A DNA stretch of 50,076 nucleotides from a virus (Duplodnaviria; Caudoviricetes): IMG/VR virus record IMGVR_UViG_3300005512_000050, positions 1-50,076 of that record, one strand, 5' to 3'. Position numbers and translations under genes: made by a program. Each line of letters begins with the position of its first letter. Within the stretch, counting starts at the first letter, position 1. Under the pieces are notes generated by a model. The model worked only from the letters and a program-made list of their open reading frames with translations. It was not told the DNA's origin and searched no databases. Shown piece after piece: positions 18,336-29,476 of this stretch.

Positions 18336-20236
18336 TTACCAAATACTCCACCTATGTATGCAGAACCTAATGTACCTATTAACTTACCTATAGCAGAACC
18401 AGCTTGTGAATCTGCAGCCATTTTTTGTGCTTCTTTTGCGGCATCTGCACCTAATTGTGCTATTGCCATATCTGTATATCTGTTTAACTCATTTTCTGAA
18501 GACTGCCATGCCCACTCCATAGTGTCACCATAATACTGCCAAAGATTGTTATAAGCCTGATTAGATATATCTAACACTGCTTTAGCATTTAATTCATTAG
18601 CACGATTAACTGCGGCAGTATCTGCTGTAGCTATTTCTCTACGCCATGTAGCATTACTCTGTGCAATCACTAGCTGGTTCTGTGCATTGAACTGGTCACG
18701 TTGATTTGCAATCTCCTGATTAAATCTTTCAACTGTATTCACCTGACCTGCATTAAACTGTGCTTGTGCATTAGATTGTGACGCATTAAACTGTGATGTC
18801 TGTGATTGTAGACTTGCAAAGAACTGGTCAACTTGGTTCTGTGATGTAGCATTAAACTGTCTTGAAGCATTCTCTGCCGCTTGGTCTGTAAACAAAGACT
18901 GAATACGCTGTTGTGCTTTAAACATTTCTGTCTGCTGTTGATTAGACAGGTTCTGCATATCCATCTGCATAAAGTTCTGTGCATTCTGTACAGCAGCTTG
19001 TTGTCTGTTGTTTAAGTTAGCCATATCTAACTGAGACAATGCGGCAGCTTCTGCCATAACCATTGCCTGTGAGTTAGACAAGTTCTGTAAGTTCATTGTA
19101 TTAGCGATACGGCTGTTCTCTAGTGCTACCTGTTGTTCAGCAGTAAAGTTCATATTAGCTACATCAGCTATACGTCCTGCATTCTGTACTCTAGCTTGGA
19201 ATGCTTGGTCAAACTCCATGCCCATAAATGTGGCACGTTGTTGTGCAGCCAACATATTACGTTGCTGTCTGTTAGATAAGTTCTGTGATTCAAATTGTGC
19301 TACAGTGGATGCATCAGCCTGTGCTATAGGCAGTGCTGATTCCATTGCAGCTTGTACTATAGCCTGACCAGCTAATGATGAAGCACCAAGACCACGCTTT
19401 GCTAACATGCCTTGTGCATTTCTCATTGCACCAGCAGCCCAAGCAGGTGTTTCACCACCTTCAAACTGTTGCATTAGTCCTTCTAGTTGACCTTGCACAG
19501 TAGCTTGTTGTGTCGGGGTTGCTTGTGCGGCTTGTATCTCTTCTGTAAACTTAGCAGCTTTCTCTGCATCTGCTACACCACTAATAAGTTCACCATCCTG
19601 TATCTCACGCTGTACAGGATTTTCCATAAGTATACCAGCACCTTGAGCAGCTTCTAAGTCACCCACAGATGACTTTGCTTGTTGTGCAGCTACTACATTA
19701 GCCCGTGGGTCTACAGTGCCTTGTGCAGCCTGTGTAGCATCTAGTGCTGTCTGCACACCTTCAGCAGACTGTGTTGCTTCCATCTTATTTGCTTGTGTCT
19801 CAGTGACTGTATCAGCCTGTGTTACACCTGCAACAGCAGTAGATATACCTGCTCTTGGGTCAACCATGCCTGTGTCTGTTTGCAACATTTGCTCACCAGC
19901 TACTGGTGTAGTTGCCGCTGTTGTTACACCACCTTCGGGTAATGCGCCTGTTGACATTCTATCTACAGTAATATCACCTATGCTTGGTGACTTAGGTGCT
20001 TCTTCTACTGGTGGAGTTTCCTCTACAGGTGCAGGTGGAGTTGTACCACCTTCTTGCATCTTAACTACACCACCACGTGCCATCTGCATAGCTTGTCTTG
20101 TGTAGCCCTGCATCTGTTGCTGTCGCATTGGGTCTTGTGCAATATAATCTTGAAAGCCTTGCATATTACCTTGATAGCCCATAGCACGTGCTATCTTTTC
20201 CATGCCACTAGGCTTAAATGCTTTGAACATAGCCAT
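18332..20236 (-). CDS. Gln/Ala/Asn-rich probable internal virion protein
   Basis: Long Q/N/A coiled-coil, hydrophobic Gly-rich C-terminus; MARGG and MQEGG near the N-terminus. Confidence 0.6.
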   Translation of the reverse strand: MAMFKAFKPSGMEKIARAMGYQGNMQGFQDYIAQDPMRQQQMQGYTRQAMQMARGGVVKMQEGGTTPPAPVEETPPVEEAPKSPSIGDITVDRMSTGALPEGGVTTAATTPVAGEQMLQTDTGMVDPRAGISTAVAGVTQADTVTETQANKMEATQSAEGVQTALDATQAAQGTVDPRANVVAAQQAKSSVGDLEAAQGAGILMENPVQREIQDGELISGVADAEKAAKFTEEIQAAQATPTQQATVQGQLEGLMQQFEGGETPAWAAGAMRNAQGMLAKRGLGASSLAGQAIVQAAMESALPIAQADASTVAQFESQNLSNRQQRNMLAAQQRATFMGMEFDQAFQARVQNAGRIADVANMNFTAEQQVALENSRIANTMNLQNLSNSQAMVMAEAAALSQLDMANLNNRQQAAVQNAQNFMQMDMQNLSNQQQTEMFKAQQRIQSLFTDQAAENASRQFNATSQNQVDQFFASLQSQTSQFNASQSNAQAQFNAGQVNTVERFNQEIANQRDQFNAQNQLVIAQSNATWRREIATADTAAVNRANELNAKAVLDISNQAYNNLWQYYGDTMEWAWQSSENELNRYTDMAIAQLGADAAKEAQKMAADSQAGSAIGKLIGTLGSAYIGGVFGK

Positions 20237-20238
20237 GC

Positions 20239-20469
20239 TTATTTCCTATCTAATGCCTTATCTAACTTGTCTTCTAATCTGTGCAATGCTTCCATAACTC
20301 TGCCCATGTCATCTTTTAACTCTAGCTTAGTTGCGTAGTCTTCACGAGTTTTGTTTAGCAATATCTGTAATCGTTTAACTTCAGCGAACATCTGGCGAAA
20401 TGCCCAGAATACTGGTGCAATTACCATTGTTAGTATTATGTTCCAAAAAAGCATTGCGTCCATTTCCAT
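20239..20469 (-). CDS. small membrane-anchored coiled-coil protein
   Basis: One hydrophobic helix then heptads; AGGA RBS before ATG 20469. Confidence 0.55.
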   Translation of the reverse strand: MEMDAMLFWNIILTMVIAPVFWAFRQMFAEVKRLQILLNKTREDYATKLELKDDMGRVMEALHRLEDKLDKALDRK

Positions 20470-20512
20470 TTTATTTATCCTATACTGTAGTAAGATTACC
20501 AAACAATTGGCA

Positions 20513-22513
20513 TTATGAGAAATCCACTATGTTAGCAAATATTGTAAATGTTGCATCTGCTGTTTTAATAATTGTGTATTTATAACTATCTATTGAACTA
20601 GCGTTACCTGCTGTTGGTGCTGTACCTGAAGCCCATTTAGGTGTGACACTAGAACCATCTACTTGTACAGCAGAGTTATAGTAAGCTGTTGCACCATTTG
20701 TTACAAGAAAAGTAGCAGTAATAGATTCACCTATATTCATAGAAGAGTTTAAGGTATTGCTTCCATCACCTCTAAAGTTAACAGTAAAATTAGCTGAAGC
20801 ATTTGTAGTATAGTATAACACATTTTGTGTCAGCAAGTCAAATGAAATCGTACCAGTAGCTGCAGTAGCACTGACTGTAACATCTTCTCTTGCACCTTTA
20901 AATACGGGATTACTTAATATGTTACCATTTAAATCTGTTTCTTTTGTAATAGAAACTTTACCTGTACCATCAGGAGATAGAGTAAGATTATCGTCTGATG
21001 CAGTTTCTATTGTACTACCGCCTGATAATAATATTCCGTTAGCAGAAGTTCTAAATCTTTCATTACCACTATAATATAAATTAGTATCAGTAGCATCAAA
21101 TGACGCTATTACTTTGACTAACGGGTCAGTTTGTTTTATAATTAAAGAAGCGTTTGTAATTATATCATTATTAATTGAATTGTTAAGAATTTGTAAATCA
21201 GAACCATCTCCAAATATAGCTTTATCATTATCTGCAAATACTATATCATTCCCATTAGTGCCTAAATCACCACCTAGTTGTGGAGTAGTGTCCTCAGAAA
21301 CATTTTCTAACTCACTTCCTGTAGCTTGAGTTATTGTAGCAAAAGCTAACTGACCTGCACCATCTGTCTTTAAAAATTGTCCTGTAGTACCATCTGCTTG
21401 AGGATAAGATAAACCATCTAGTATAACAGAACCTGTACCATTAGGTGTTATATTAATATTACCGTTAGTATTACTACTAATAATAGTATTGCCGTTAATA
21501 TTTATATTATCAATTTGTGCTTCAGTAACAGCAGAGTTTGTTCCTAGTGTTATACCATCTACAGCACCACCATTAACATCTATACTGCTAAATGTTGAAG
21601 TACCACTTGATGTAACATCACCTGTTACATTTCCTGTTAGATTACCAGTAACATTTCCAGTTATATTACCAGTAACATCCCCTGTCACATCCCCTGTTAT
21701 ATTGCCAGTTACATCTCCAGTTAGATTTCCAGTGACATTACCCGTCACGTTACCAGTTACATCTCCAGTTAAATCACCTGTCACATTACCTGTCACATTA
21801 CCAGTTACGTTACCAGTTACGTTACCAGTAAGAGGTCCGACTAAACTAGTTCCTGTAATAGTAGTACCTGTTATTGCTACAGCAGAGTTTGCTCCAATAA
21901 TAGTACCATCAATAGCACCACCGTCTATATCAACTTTACTAATATCAACTTCACCAGTTCCGTTTGGTGTTAAAGCAATGTTACCATCTGTATCTGTTGA
22001 TATAATAGTGTTGCCATCAATATTAATATTGTCAACGTCTAAGTCACCTGTTATATTAAATGCTCCTGTTGCATTCATTGTAGGAGCAGTTAATTCTAAA
22101 GTAGTATCAGCATCAATATCTAATTGACCATCAGCACTAGAATTAATAAATAATCCAGCATCTCTAAATTCTATTTTGCTAGTTGAATTAACTCTAACGG
22201 TTTCACCTAAACCGTCTATGTAAGCAAGACCATCAATGTACAAATCTTTAAACTGGACAGAGGAACTTCCTAAATCCACAGTGTTAGTTGTACTACCTTT
22301 TAATATTCCTGTATCTGCAACTAGATTACCTGCTGGGCCTAGCGTTAGTACTCGTCCACCATTACCTGCTGTACCATCGTGTGCATGTCCTGTACTTGCT
22401 AAAAAAGCATTTTCAATAGCATTATATTCAGAATTTAAATCACTGGCATTGATAACGCTTCCTGTTGCTATATTGTCTTGTACGTTAACGTCAGCCCTTA
22501 CATAACCTGCCAT
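20513..22513 (-). CDS. tail fibre protein
   Basis: LNSEYNAIENAF...GHAHDG N-terminus, fibre-type repeats; follows the tail tube genes. Confidence 0.75.
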   Translation of the reverse strand: MAGYVRADVNVQDNIATGSVINASDLNSEYNAIENAFLASTGHAHDGTAGNGGRVLTLGPAGNLVADTGILKGSTTNTVDLGSSSVQFKDLYIDGLAYIDGLGETVRVNSTSKIEFRDAGLFINSSADGQLDIDADTTLELTAPTMNATGAFNITGDLDVDNINIDGNTIISTDTDGNIALTPNGTGEVDISKVDIDGGAIDGTIIGANSAVAITGTTITGTSLVGPLTGNVTGNVTGNVTGNVTGDLTGDVTGNVTGNVTGNLTGDVTGNITGDVTGDVTGNITGNVTGNLTGNVTGDVTSSGTSTFSSIDVNGGAVDGITLGTNSAVTEAQIDNININGNTIISSNTNGNINITPNGTGSVILDGLSYPQADGTTGQFLKTDGAGQLAFATITQATGSELENVSEDTTPQLGGDLGTNGNDIVFADNDKAIFGDGSDLQILNNSINNDIITNASLIIKQTDPLVKVIASFDATDTNLYYSGNERFRTSANGILLSGGSTIETASDDNLTLSPDGTGKVSITKETDLNGNILSNPVFKGAREDVTVSATAATGTISFDLLTQNVLYYTTNASANFTVNFRGDGSNTLNSSMNIGESITATFLVTNGATAYYNSAVQVDGSSVTPKWASGTAPTAGNASSIDSYKYTIIKTADATFTIFANIVDFS
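21617..21832 (-). repeat. 18 x 12-bp coding repeat, [VLI]TG[ND]
   Basis: Counted from the translation; synonymous codons vary between units. Confidence 0.9.
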
Positions 22514-22519
22514 TGTATA

Positions 22520-24064
22520 TTACCTTCTATCGTTCGTTGTATATTCAATTGTTACTGCGTCTAATGTAAATGGTGGTATATTATCATTAGAATCTATTTG
22601 CAATGCTGCAGTAAATCCTGAACCTATTAATTGAGTTTCAAAAGTATTTTCAAGAGATGCATCACTATATGTAGCTATTCCAAATTTAGAAGTTATACTT
22701 CCGTAAGTAAATAAATCATCTGTTACATTTGAAAATGTTATGGAGTTTGGTTGAATTAAACCTGTATTTTGCCTATCAAAATCTAACTTTAATGAAACAT
22801 CTGCTTGTACACTACCTGTCGGGTCTGTGTATAAAAATAATTTGTAAAATGTTTTTCTAACTCGTGGGTCTTGAAAAGCAATATAAGGTGTTCTAAATGA
22901 TGATACTATATTAGTACCATCAAACTGTCTTCCTCTTTCTAATCTGTACACATAGCCATCGTTATTTGCAAAATATATAAATTCTTCACCGCCATCATAC
23001 TCACTGTAAGTAGCATAGGCTTTTATACCTCGTGTTTCTGCCCATGCCATTTGAGAACTTTCTAATAACTGCGTTCCCAATATACCCAGAGCAGATTCAA
23101 CAGATATGTTTTCATCAAAACCAAATATTCTATACTGACTTTTTTCTCTAATTACTAAACTGGAAAAACTCGTTGAGTTATTTACTACGTTTGTTATTTC
23201 AGACTGTATAGATTTTGATACAACAGATAAACCAAAGTCTCCAATTTTTTCTGTAGCACCAAGAAGTCTTAGTCCATCTGGACCTAGAAACATAATGTCT
23301 CCACCTACTTCTTGTGCTGTATCAGTTTCAATAGCACCCAAATCATCCGATATAGGTTGTAATACAAAATCAGCAATACTATTTCCTACTAATCTTTTTA
23401 TGCTATCTTGTGTAAAAATAATTAACTGTTCTCTAAAAACAATTAAGTCTGTTATTATACCACCAACATCTATATCACCAGCACCTTCAGCTAAATTAAA
23501 TAAAGAAGAAACTCCTGAATCTTTTTGTTGTGAATCTAAATCTGCATAACCTTCTGTATATACAAGTTTTGTTCCATTTGCAATAAATATAGCATTTTTA
23601 AATACTGTTACAAAGTCTGCACCTTCCACTGCACTAGGTGCTTTAGTTAAAGATGTAAAGGTAGAATTGTCATACGTAAAAGGTTTGTTTAAACCGTCTA
23701 CTACTATAAACTTTTCATTACCGTCAAAATTATACTTCGCAAATCTTACTTTACCTGTACCGCCTAAAGATGTTGATACAGATGTCCAACCGCTACCTGA
23801 AGACTTATATAATGTTGTACCCCTTGCAGCATATATATTTGTTTTATATCTTAAAAGACCTCTAATTACTCCGCTACCAGATAATTGATTGTCATCAGCT
23901 TTAATAAAACCTGCTAGTCTTCTATATCCACCTTCAACTGATGGTTCATAGTTTTGCAATATAGTAGCAGAACCGGGTGCATTAAGACCTTGCTGTAAAG
24001 GACTTAGGTTAGTTACTAACCCACCACGAAACTCTATAGGAAATGTTTGCCAAGCGTCTGCCAT
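22520..24064 (-). CDS. tail nozzle / stabilization protein (tubular protein B-like)
   Basis: 514 aa beta-rich protein after the adaptor gene; podoviral gene order. Confidence 0.7.
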   Translation of the reverse strand: MADAWQTFPIEFRGGLVTNLSPLQQGLNAPGSATILQNYEPSVEGGYRRLAGFIKADDNQLSGSGVIRGLLRYKTNIYAARGTTLYKSSGSGWTSVSTSLGGTGKVRFAKYNFDGNEKFIVVDGLNKPFTYDNSTFTSLTKAPSAVEGADFVTVFKNAIFIANGTKLVYTEGYADLDSQQKDSGVSSLFNLAEGAGDIDVGGIITDLIVFREQLIIFTQDSIKRLVGNSIADFVLQPISDDLGAIETDTAQEVGGDIMFLGPDGLRLLGATEKIGDFGLSVVSKSIQSEITNVVNNSTSFSSLVIREKSQYRIFGFDENISVESALGILGTQLLESSQMAWAETRGIKAYATYSEYDGGEEFIYFANNDGYVYRLERGRQFDGTNIVSSFRTPYIAFQDPRVRKTFYKLFLYTDPTGSVQADVSLKLDFDRQNTGLIQPNSITFSNVTDDLFTYGSITSKFGIATYSDASLENTFETQLIGSGFTAALQIDSNDNIPPFTLDAVTIEYTTNDRR

Positions 24065-24087
24065 ATTTATATCTCACTAGTAATATA

Positions 24088-24115
24088 GTTATACATATAT
24101 ATTTCTTTTTGTCAA
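24088..24115 (-). promoter_or_regulatory. sigma70-type promoter
   Basis: TTGACA-16 bp-TATAAC in the intergenic gap. Confidence 0.6.
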
Positions 24116-24119
24116 GACT

Positions 24120-24833
24120 TTAAATTACAGAACTACTATTAGATGGTCTTATAATCATACTAGAACGTACATAGTCATATCTATTAACAAGTAAAGAACG
24201 CATACTTTTTAAGCCATCATCAAATCTTTCCTTGGCTACTAAAGCATCTTGAGTATTGCCTCTAAATAAATAGGCATGATGCATTGCTCCATCCACTATA
24301 ACATGTTTAAATCTTTCAGGTATTTCAGGAACATCGTCATAGTTTTCCATATCTACTGGTATACGATAATATTCATACACTACTGTATAGTCTTCATTAG
24401 GTGGTGGTACTATTCCATATTCTTCACCCGGACTTCTAAACACATAAACTGGCACACCTGATTGGCTATTATCTTCAGAGTATTCATAGTGAGAAAACTT
24501 TTCTAAGTATTCTTCATATGATAATTGTTTTAATTTTTTAGTTGATACATTGAGTGCAGCTTCTTCTTTTATTCTGAAACTATCCATAGTTACTGTTTTA
24601 GCATCAAATGGAAAACCGTATCTAACTTCATTTTCAAGTAAGACATCTTCCTGTGTTACATGATTAAAAGGCCAGTTATACTCTGTTTGATTTATGTTTC
24701 TAATAGAAGAGTTAACAGCATCTTTTACTTGTGCGTAAAATCCCGTAGCAGTTGCAAAGTTAGAAGAGTTTAGTTCTACTTCATTTAACTTTCTATTAAC
24801 TTGGTTTACTAATTCCAAATAGTTGTACGCCAT
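24120..24833 (-). CDS. head-tail adaptor (tail tubular protein A-like)
   Basis: YLELVNQVNRKLNE, YNWPF and PEIPERFKHVIVDGA patterns. Confidence 0.7.
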   Translation of the reverse strand: MAYNYLELVNQVNRKLNEVELNSSNFATATGFYAQVKDAVNSSIRNINQTEYNWPFNHVTQEDVLLENEVRYGFPFDAKTVTMDSFRIKEEAALNVSTKKLKQLSYEEYLEKFSHYEYSEDNSQSGVPVYVFRSPGEEYGIVPPPNEDYTVVYEYYRIPVDMENYDDVPEIPERFKHVIVDGAMHHAYLFRGNTQDALVAKERFDDGLKSMRSLLVNRYDYVRSSMIIRPSNSSSVI

Positions 24834-25156
24834 TATCGTTCTCTTACTCTAAGTTTAACAGTTCTTTCTGATGTAGTTCCTGTGCTGTCAGTTATCTGAC
24901 AAGTAAATAAATAATCTGTATTGTTTGTACCACCTGCTATATTAATCGTAGCTACTTTATTTGTAATATTAATTGTTTGAGCAGAGTTTCTAATAGTATT
25001 AACAGTATCTCCTTGAGCAAGTTCTGTTTTTACACCACTCGCATTATTTACAAACCAAGTTACACTAACAATAGTAGCACTAGCCAAGTAACGTGACCAA
25101 TCTATGCTGTAGTCTAGTGTTTCATCAGGGTCTTTACTAGGCCATCTAAATGACAT
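24833..25156 (-). CDS. small virion structural protein
   Basis: KDPDETLDYSIDW motif; beta-rich. Confidence 0.55.
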   Translation of the reverse strand: MSFRWPSKDPDETLDYSIDWSRYLASATIVSVTWFVNNASGVKTELAQGDTVNTIRNSAQTINITNKVATINIAGGTNNTDYLFTCQITDSTGTTSERTVKLRVRER

Positions 25157-25165
25157 TTATATCTC

Positions 25166-26371
25166 CTATGCAGCTTTCGCTGTCCTGTCTCTTGTAGTGC
25201 TTTGTCTCTGTATGTATACTGTTCTATTTTCATATGGTACTTTAACTGTTCGTTCGCTTGAAGTAGTTTGACTTTCTACATAAACTGTTCTGCTTTCCGT
25301 AGCAACATTAGCTGTCCTATCTTTTGCTGTAGTTTGTCTTGCTACATATACTAATCGTCTTCGGTCATAATTATCTGCATTATTTAAATAACTAAATGTT
25401 ATTCCAAGTATGTCATTAATATTTGAGGTAGCTGATAAGTTTGCAGATACTTCAAATAAAACCAGCATTTCAGCATCGTTTACTAAACTGCTACCAGATA
25501 TGTTAGCATCAGCTAATCCTCTAAGTGTTGCTTTACTATTTGTTTCTGTTAAGCCACTTATATTAGCACTATTAATTGCTAACTTAGTGCTATCACCCAC
25601 AGTGTTTGACACACCACTTATATTAACTGTAGGATTAGATACCTTAGTTATAGCACTATTCGTTACTGAATTAGCAGATACATCGCCCGATACGTCTCTT
25701 ACTTTCGTTGCAGAAACATCATTTGTAGAACTTATACCTGATAAGTTAATATTTGTTATTGCTTTTTTAGTAGCACTAGATACTGTTTGACCACTAGCTG
25801 ATAAGTTAATGCTAGTTATTAGTTTTGCCGTAGCTACAGAACTTGTACTAGAAGTTGCTGACAGATTTGTGGACACATCTTTTAGTTTATCAGGAGATGC
25901 TTTAGTATTAGCTAAACCAGATACGTTAGAAGAGTTTATTCTTAGGCTTGTCGCATCTACATTTGCATCAACTGTTCCTGAGATATTAGCAGACAATACC
26001 TGTGTGACTGTATTAGCTATGTCATTAGTTGAACCACTGCCAGAAACATCAGATTCAACGCGAAACTTTGCTGTTGCTACAACGTCACTTACGGTTGTAC
26101 TACCTGCTATATCAACTATACGTGCATTTCTTATTCTGTCAGCAGAACCTACTTGAGAACCTGTTCCAGATAAATCGGCAAAAGCATTTCTTACTCGTAT
26201 CGCACTAGAATCTGTACTTGTTGTACCGCTTACGTTAGTAGATAAAGGAAACCTTTTGGTAACAGTAATATTAGGTGTGTTACCATTACCTGAAACATTG
26301 GCAGATACTTCATGTACTACAAAACCTTCAGAGGAAAATGGGGCTTCTGAAAATGATGAAGAACTAAACAT
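25166..26371 (-). CDS. Ser/Thr/Asn-rich repetitive structural (fibre-like) protein
   Basis: Recurrent N[ILV]S[GA] units about every 19-20 aa; C-terminal RTV[YK]V repeats. Confidence 0.55.
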   Translation of the reverse strand: MFSSSSFSEAPFSSEGFVVHEVSANVSGNGNTPNITVTKRFPLSTNVSGTTSTDSSAIRVRNAFADLSGTGSQVGSADRIRNARIVDIAGSTTVSDVVATAKFRVESDVSGSGSTNDIANTVTQVLSANISGTVDANVDATSLRINSSNVSGLANTKASPDKLKDVSTNLSATSSTSSVATAKLITSINLSASGQTVSSATKKAITNINLSGISSTNDVSATKVRDVSGDVSANSVTNSAITKVSNPTVNISGVSNTVGDSTKLAINSANISGLTETNSKATLRGLADANISGSSLVNDAEMLVLFEVSANLSATSNINDILGITFSYLNNADNYDRRRLVYVARQTTAKDRTANVATESRTVYVESQTTSSERTVKVPYENRTVYIQRQSTTRDRTAKAA

Positions 26372-26381
26372 AACTGACCTA

Positions 26382-27386
26382 TTAAATTAAAGAACTTGTC
26401 GGTAAAGTGACTGAGCCTGTGTTCCATATATCATAAAAATTAGGGTCATCTACTCGCACAATAAACTCAGAGTATTGGGCTGATATCATCTGATTGTCTG
26501 AGATTCTGAGGTTGGTTGTTGGTGACCAATTAACGAGGTTGCTGTTTGTGCCTCTAGCATTGATGTTATAATTTATAGTGCTACCATTCACATTAATCCA
26601 TATCATTGCGTATCTGCCGTTTGATGGGTCAACACCAGAATAAACATAGTTCCATCTATTGTTTGTAAGAGTACCAGACTTCTCTGCATCAACCCTATTA
26701 TTGCCACTTCCCCAAGAAGTCAGCATAAATGGGTCAGGTGTAGTAGCAGTGCTGTAGTTTTCTACATACTGTCCATCAGTAGAAGAACCAGAACCACCTA
26801 TAATATGATATTTGCCCCAACTGCCCTGCCAAGAAGTGCCGTTGGAGTACCACCAGTAGCTAATAGAAAATGGTGTAGACAAGTTTTGTATATTGCTAGT
26901 CCAACTCGCAGGAACGGTGAGGTAAGACCCATTGCCTGTTTTCTCCCACGCTGTAGTGTGACCGACAGGGCTAGTACCAAGTATAGTCTTTACTGAATGA
27001 TTACTGCCATTGACAGTAAACCAATCAACATTCTCTGTGGCTTCCTGACTGTCTGATGCAGATGTATAGGCTTTTATATTAGCCATAGTTGTGTTGTTTG
27101 CATCGTTGAATGGAACATATAGAACTACGTCAGTTGGCACTAGTAACTCAGGTTTATACCAGACAACTGTATCACCTGAGTAAACTGTATGAACATAAGT
27201 TGAGCCATGATATATTTCTACGGGTGCTGAAGAGCCTATCTTAAGTTTGTCAGTGATTATCGTACCATCATGCACAGGCGCACCACTAAGACCTGACCCT
27301 GCGGTAGCAGAACTAGGGTACGCACCAAGTCCAGATACATTCATTCCCTTGTAATAACCAAGACCACTTATTTTTGGAGCAGCCAT
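26382..27386 (-). CDS. LamG/ConA-like domain receptor-binding or appendage protein
   Basis: VLYVPFND, FSISYWW and NNRWNYV patterns typical of LamG-like domains. Confidence 0.55.
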   Translation of the reverse strand: MAAPKISGLGYYKGMNVSGLGAYPSSATAGSGLSGAPVHDGTIITDKLKIGSSAPVEIYHGSTYVHTVYSGDTVVWYKPELLVPTDVVLYVPFNDANNTTMANIKAYTSASDSQEATENVDWFTVNGSNHSVKTILGTSPVGHTTAWEKTGNGSYLTVPASWTSNIQNLSTPFSISYWWYSNGTSWQGSWGKYHIIGGSGSSTDGQYVENYSTATTPDPFMLTSWGSGNNRVDAEKSGTLTNNRWNYVYSGVDPSNGRYAMIWINVNGSTINYNINARGTNSNLVNWSPTTNLRISDNQMISAQYSEFIVRVDDPNFYDIWNTGSVTLPTSSLI

Positions 27387-29476
27387 TAGTAAGTCTCCGC
27401 ATAGGCATCATGGATGTATAAACGCTCTGAAGTATTACTTGTTGCTGTTAAAAACTCTATGAAAACAAGTACTGAGTTTATTGCCCGTAGCCCAGATGCA
27501 GGCGTTATAATGTTATGAATGATACCCGTTGGTGCTGTCTGGTCAGACGATATAGTCGCATATGCAACAGAGGTATTAATAGTTTCATTACTAGTATTAG
27601 ACCTATAAAAATAATAGATGTTCACAGCATTTGTAACATCACTACTGCGACTTAAAATTAACTGAAGTCTAGCGTTGTCTTTAGTTGTATCTGAGCCTGC
27701 TGGATTAAAATCAGATGGTACTTGCACCTCCAAACCATAGACATATTTGCCTCCAGTTGCACCACCATTTTGCAACACGACAACCTCATTGCTATCTACA
27801 GTTTCGTTGTAAGCTAGACCAGCACTGCTTGCCGCCCCTGCTGTATCTGGCATAATAATAAGTGGTTTATTGTCATAATCATTTGTCTCTACAGCAAGGT
27901 TTGGTGGAAATATTGTAGATGTTGTTGAAAGAGTTATGCCTAGTACTGTCGATATATCGTTTGCTGTTGTTTTATAATTAGAACTACCGCAAGCAAGGTA
28001 ACCATAATCTTTAATAGGCAATTTACTGTAGGTTGTGTCTTGCCTTATCCCTACAATTTCCCACCAATTTGCCGCTGTTAATTCTAGGCTTGATGTAAAC
28101 GGTGATGTATTGTTTGCAGTTGATATTAGTGAGCCTATCTTGGGATTTCTATTTACGGCTGTTGCAGAGGAAATGCCACTAAGCCAATGCCCTGCTTCAC
28201 CTGCTCTATATAAGTTAGTTGGATAAACGTAATTGGTAGGAGTATAGTCTGAACGGTCTCCGTTTAACGCAGAGGTGTTTGCGCTACTCAATTGAGAGTA
28301 ATAACTAGACCCCTCCAAAAACTCTACAGTGCTTGTGCCTCTATTATTAAAACTTAAAAAACCACGAGCGTTAGTGCCAGTAGTAGCTCTTTGATAAATA
28401 CTTCCAAACTTCATGCGGTTAGTACCTGTTACACCACTATTTAAAAGTAAGGTACTCGCAGATGATATTGTTAAATTAACTTGAGAAATAGCACCTGTGA
28501 CAGATGCATCTACTTGAATGTTTTTGCCTGTCATTACACCTACTTCTAATGTAGAAGCTTTGTCATTTAACATTCTCTGCTCGTAGTCTGCATTTTGAGC
28601 AGACATAAACTCACCAAGCTTATGATGCACTCCTGCTTTTATAGGCTGAAATCTAAAATACATTCTCCTAGAAGCTTGGCGAAGAAACAAACGTGACCAA
28701 TCAAATGTACACGCTTGACCTCGAATATGTTGACGCTCGTATGTATCTGATTGCGATAGTGAAACTAAGGAATAACCATTCTGTTCGGTCTCACTCGTCC
28801 ATCCTGCGCTAGATGAAGTAACTAGTCCATTAGTGCTAAACCAATGATACTTGTCTCCGTTGCTCAGAGCGTGTGATGACAAATATCCATTCTTAATAAA
28901 TGCTAAATCGCAGAAGTTACCTGCAACACCGTCTTGATTAAACTTAGTAAAGCCTGCTTCGTTAATGGCATTGTATAATGCTCGTCCATCATTGTTGTTT
29001 GCAGTACTCCCTAAATACATTTCTGTAGTTGTTGCACTATTAGGGAAAGGTAAAATCAAAGGAAATGTGACGATGCCAGATACGTTTGGAAACATATCAT
29101 CAATGTTAGAACCACTGAGATGAAGCCAATTGTTATAAACGTCCGAACTGCCTGCAACAGTTGCATATGTGGTGTTGCCACTTTCGGGGCGCATATAACC
29201 ACCACTAAGATATGTTGCACCCATAGATGTAGTCATGTCAGACATTGGCTTACCTTTGATACGCACCTCTGTATCAGCCGCTATAGTAACCCCATTAACT
29301 GTGGTTGCAGTTTGACTGTTACTTTGCCAATCATCAAACCGAAATGGATTAAGGTACGTGCCTGTTCTTGATGCGGCTGTATTGTAATTTACAGTGTCAG
29401 TTCCGTGACCTAGTATTGTTGTGTCTGACAGAGCTACAGCCCCGGGAATGAAGGGGTCTATCCATACTACTGGCAT
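27386..29476 (-). CDS. putative tailspike/receptor-binding protein
   Basis: 696 aa beta-rich protein in the fibre cluster. Confidence 0.45.
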   Translation of the reverse strand: MPVVWIDPFIPGAVALSDTTILGHGTDTVNYNTAASRTGTYLNPFRFDDWQSNSQTATTVNGVTIAADTEVRIKGKPMSDMTTSMGATYLSGGYMRPESGNTTYATVAGSSDVYNNWLHLSGSNIDDMFPNVSGIVTFPLILPFPNSATTTEMYLGSTANNNDGRALYNAINEAGFTKFNQDGVAGNFCDLAFIKNGYLSSHALSNGDKYHWFSTNGLVTSSSAGWTSETEQNGYSLVSLSQSDTYERQHIRGQACTFDWSRLFLRQASRRMYFRFQPIKAGVHHKLGEFMSAQNADYEQRMLNDKASTLEVGVMTGKNIQVDASVTGAISQVNLTISSASTLLLNSGVTGTNRMKFGSIYQRATTGTNARGFLSFNNRGTSTVEFLEGSSYYSQLSSANTSALNGDRSDYTPTNYVYPTNLYRAGEAGHWLSGISSATAVNRNPKIGSLISTANNTSPFTSSLELTAANWWEIVGIRQDTTYSKLPIKDYGYLACGSSNYKTTANDISTVLGITLSTTSTIFPPNLAVETNDYDNKPLIIMPDTAGAASSAGLAYNETVDSNEVVVLQNGGATGGKYVYGLEVQVPSDFNPAGSDTTKDNARLQLILSRSSDVTNAVNIYYFYRSNTSNETINTSVAYATISSDQTAPTGIIHNIITPASGLRAINSVLVFIEFLTATSNTSERLYIHDAYAETY

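Noticed and set aside
21617-21832. Tandem repeats as a CRISPR array or DGR repeat
   Set aside because: They are in-frame 12-bp coding repeats with no spacers, and I saw no cas or reverse transcriptase gene.
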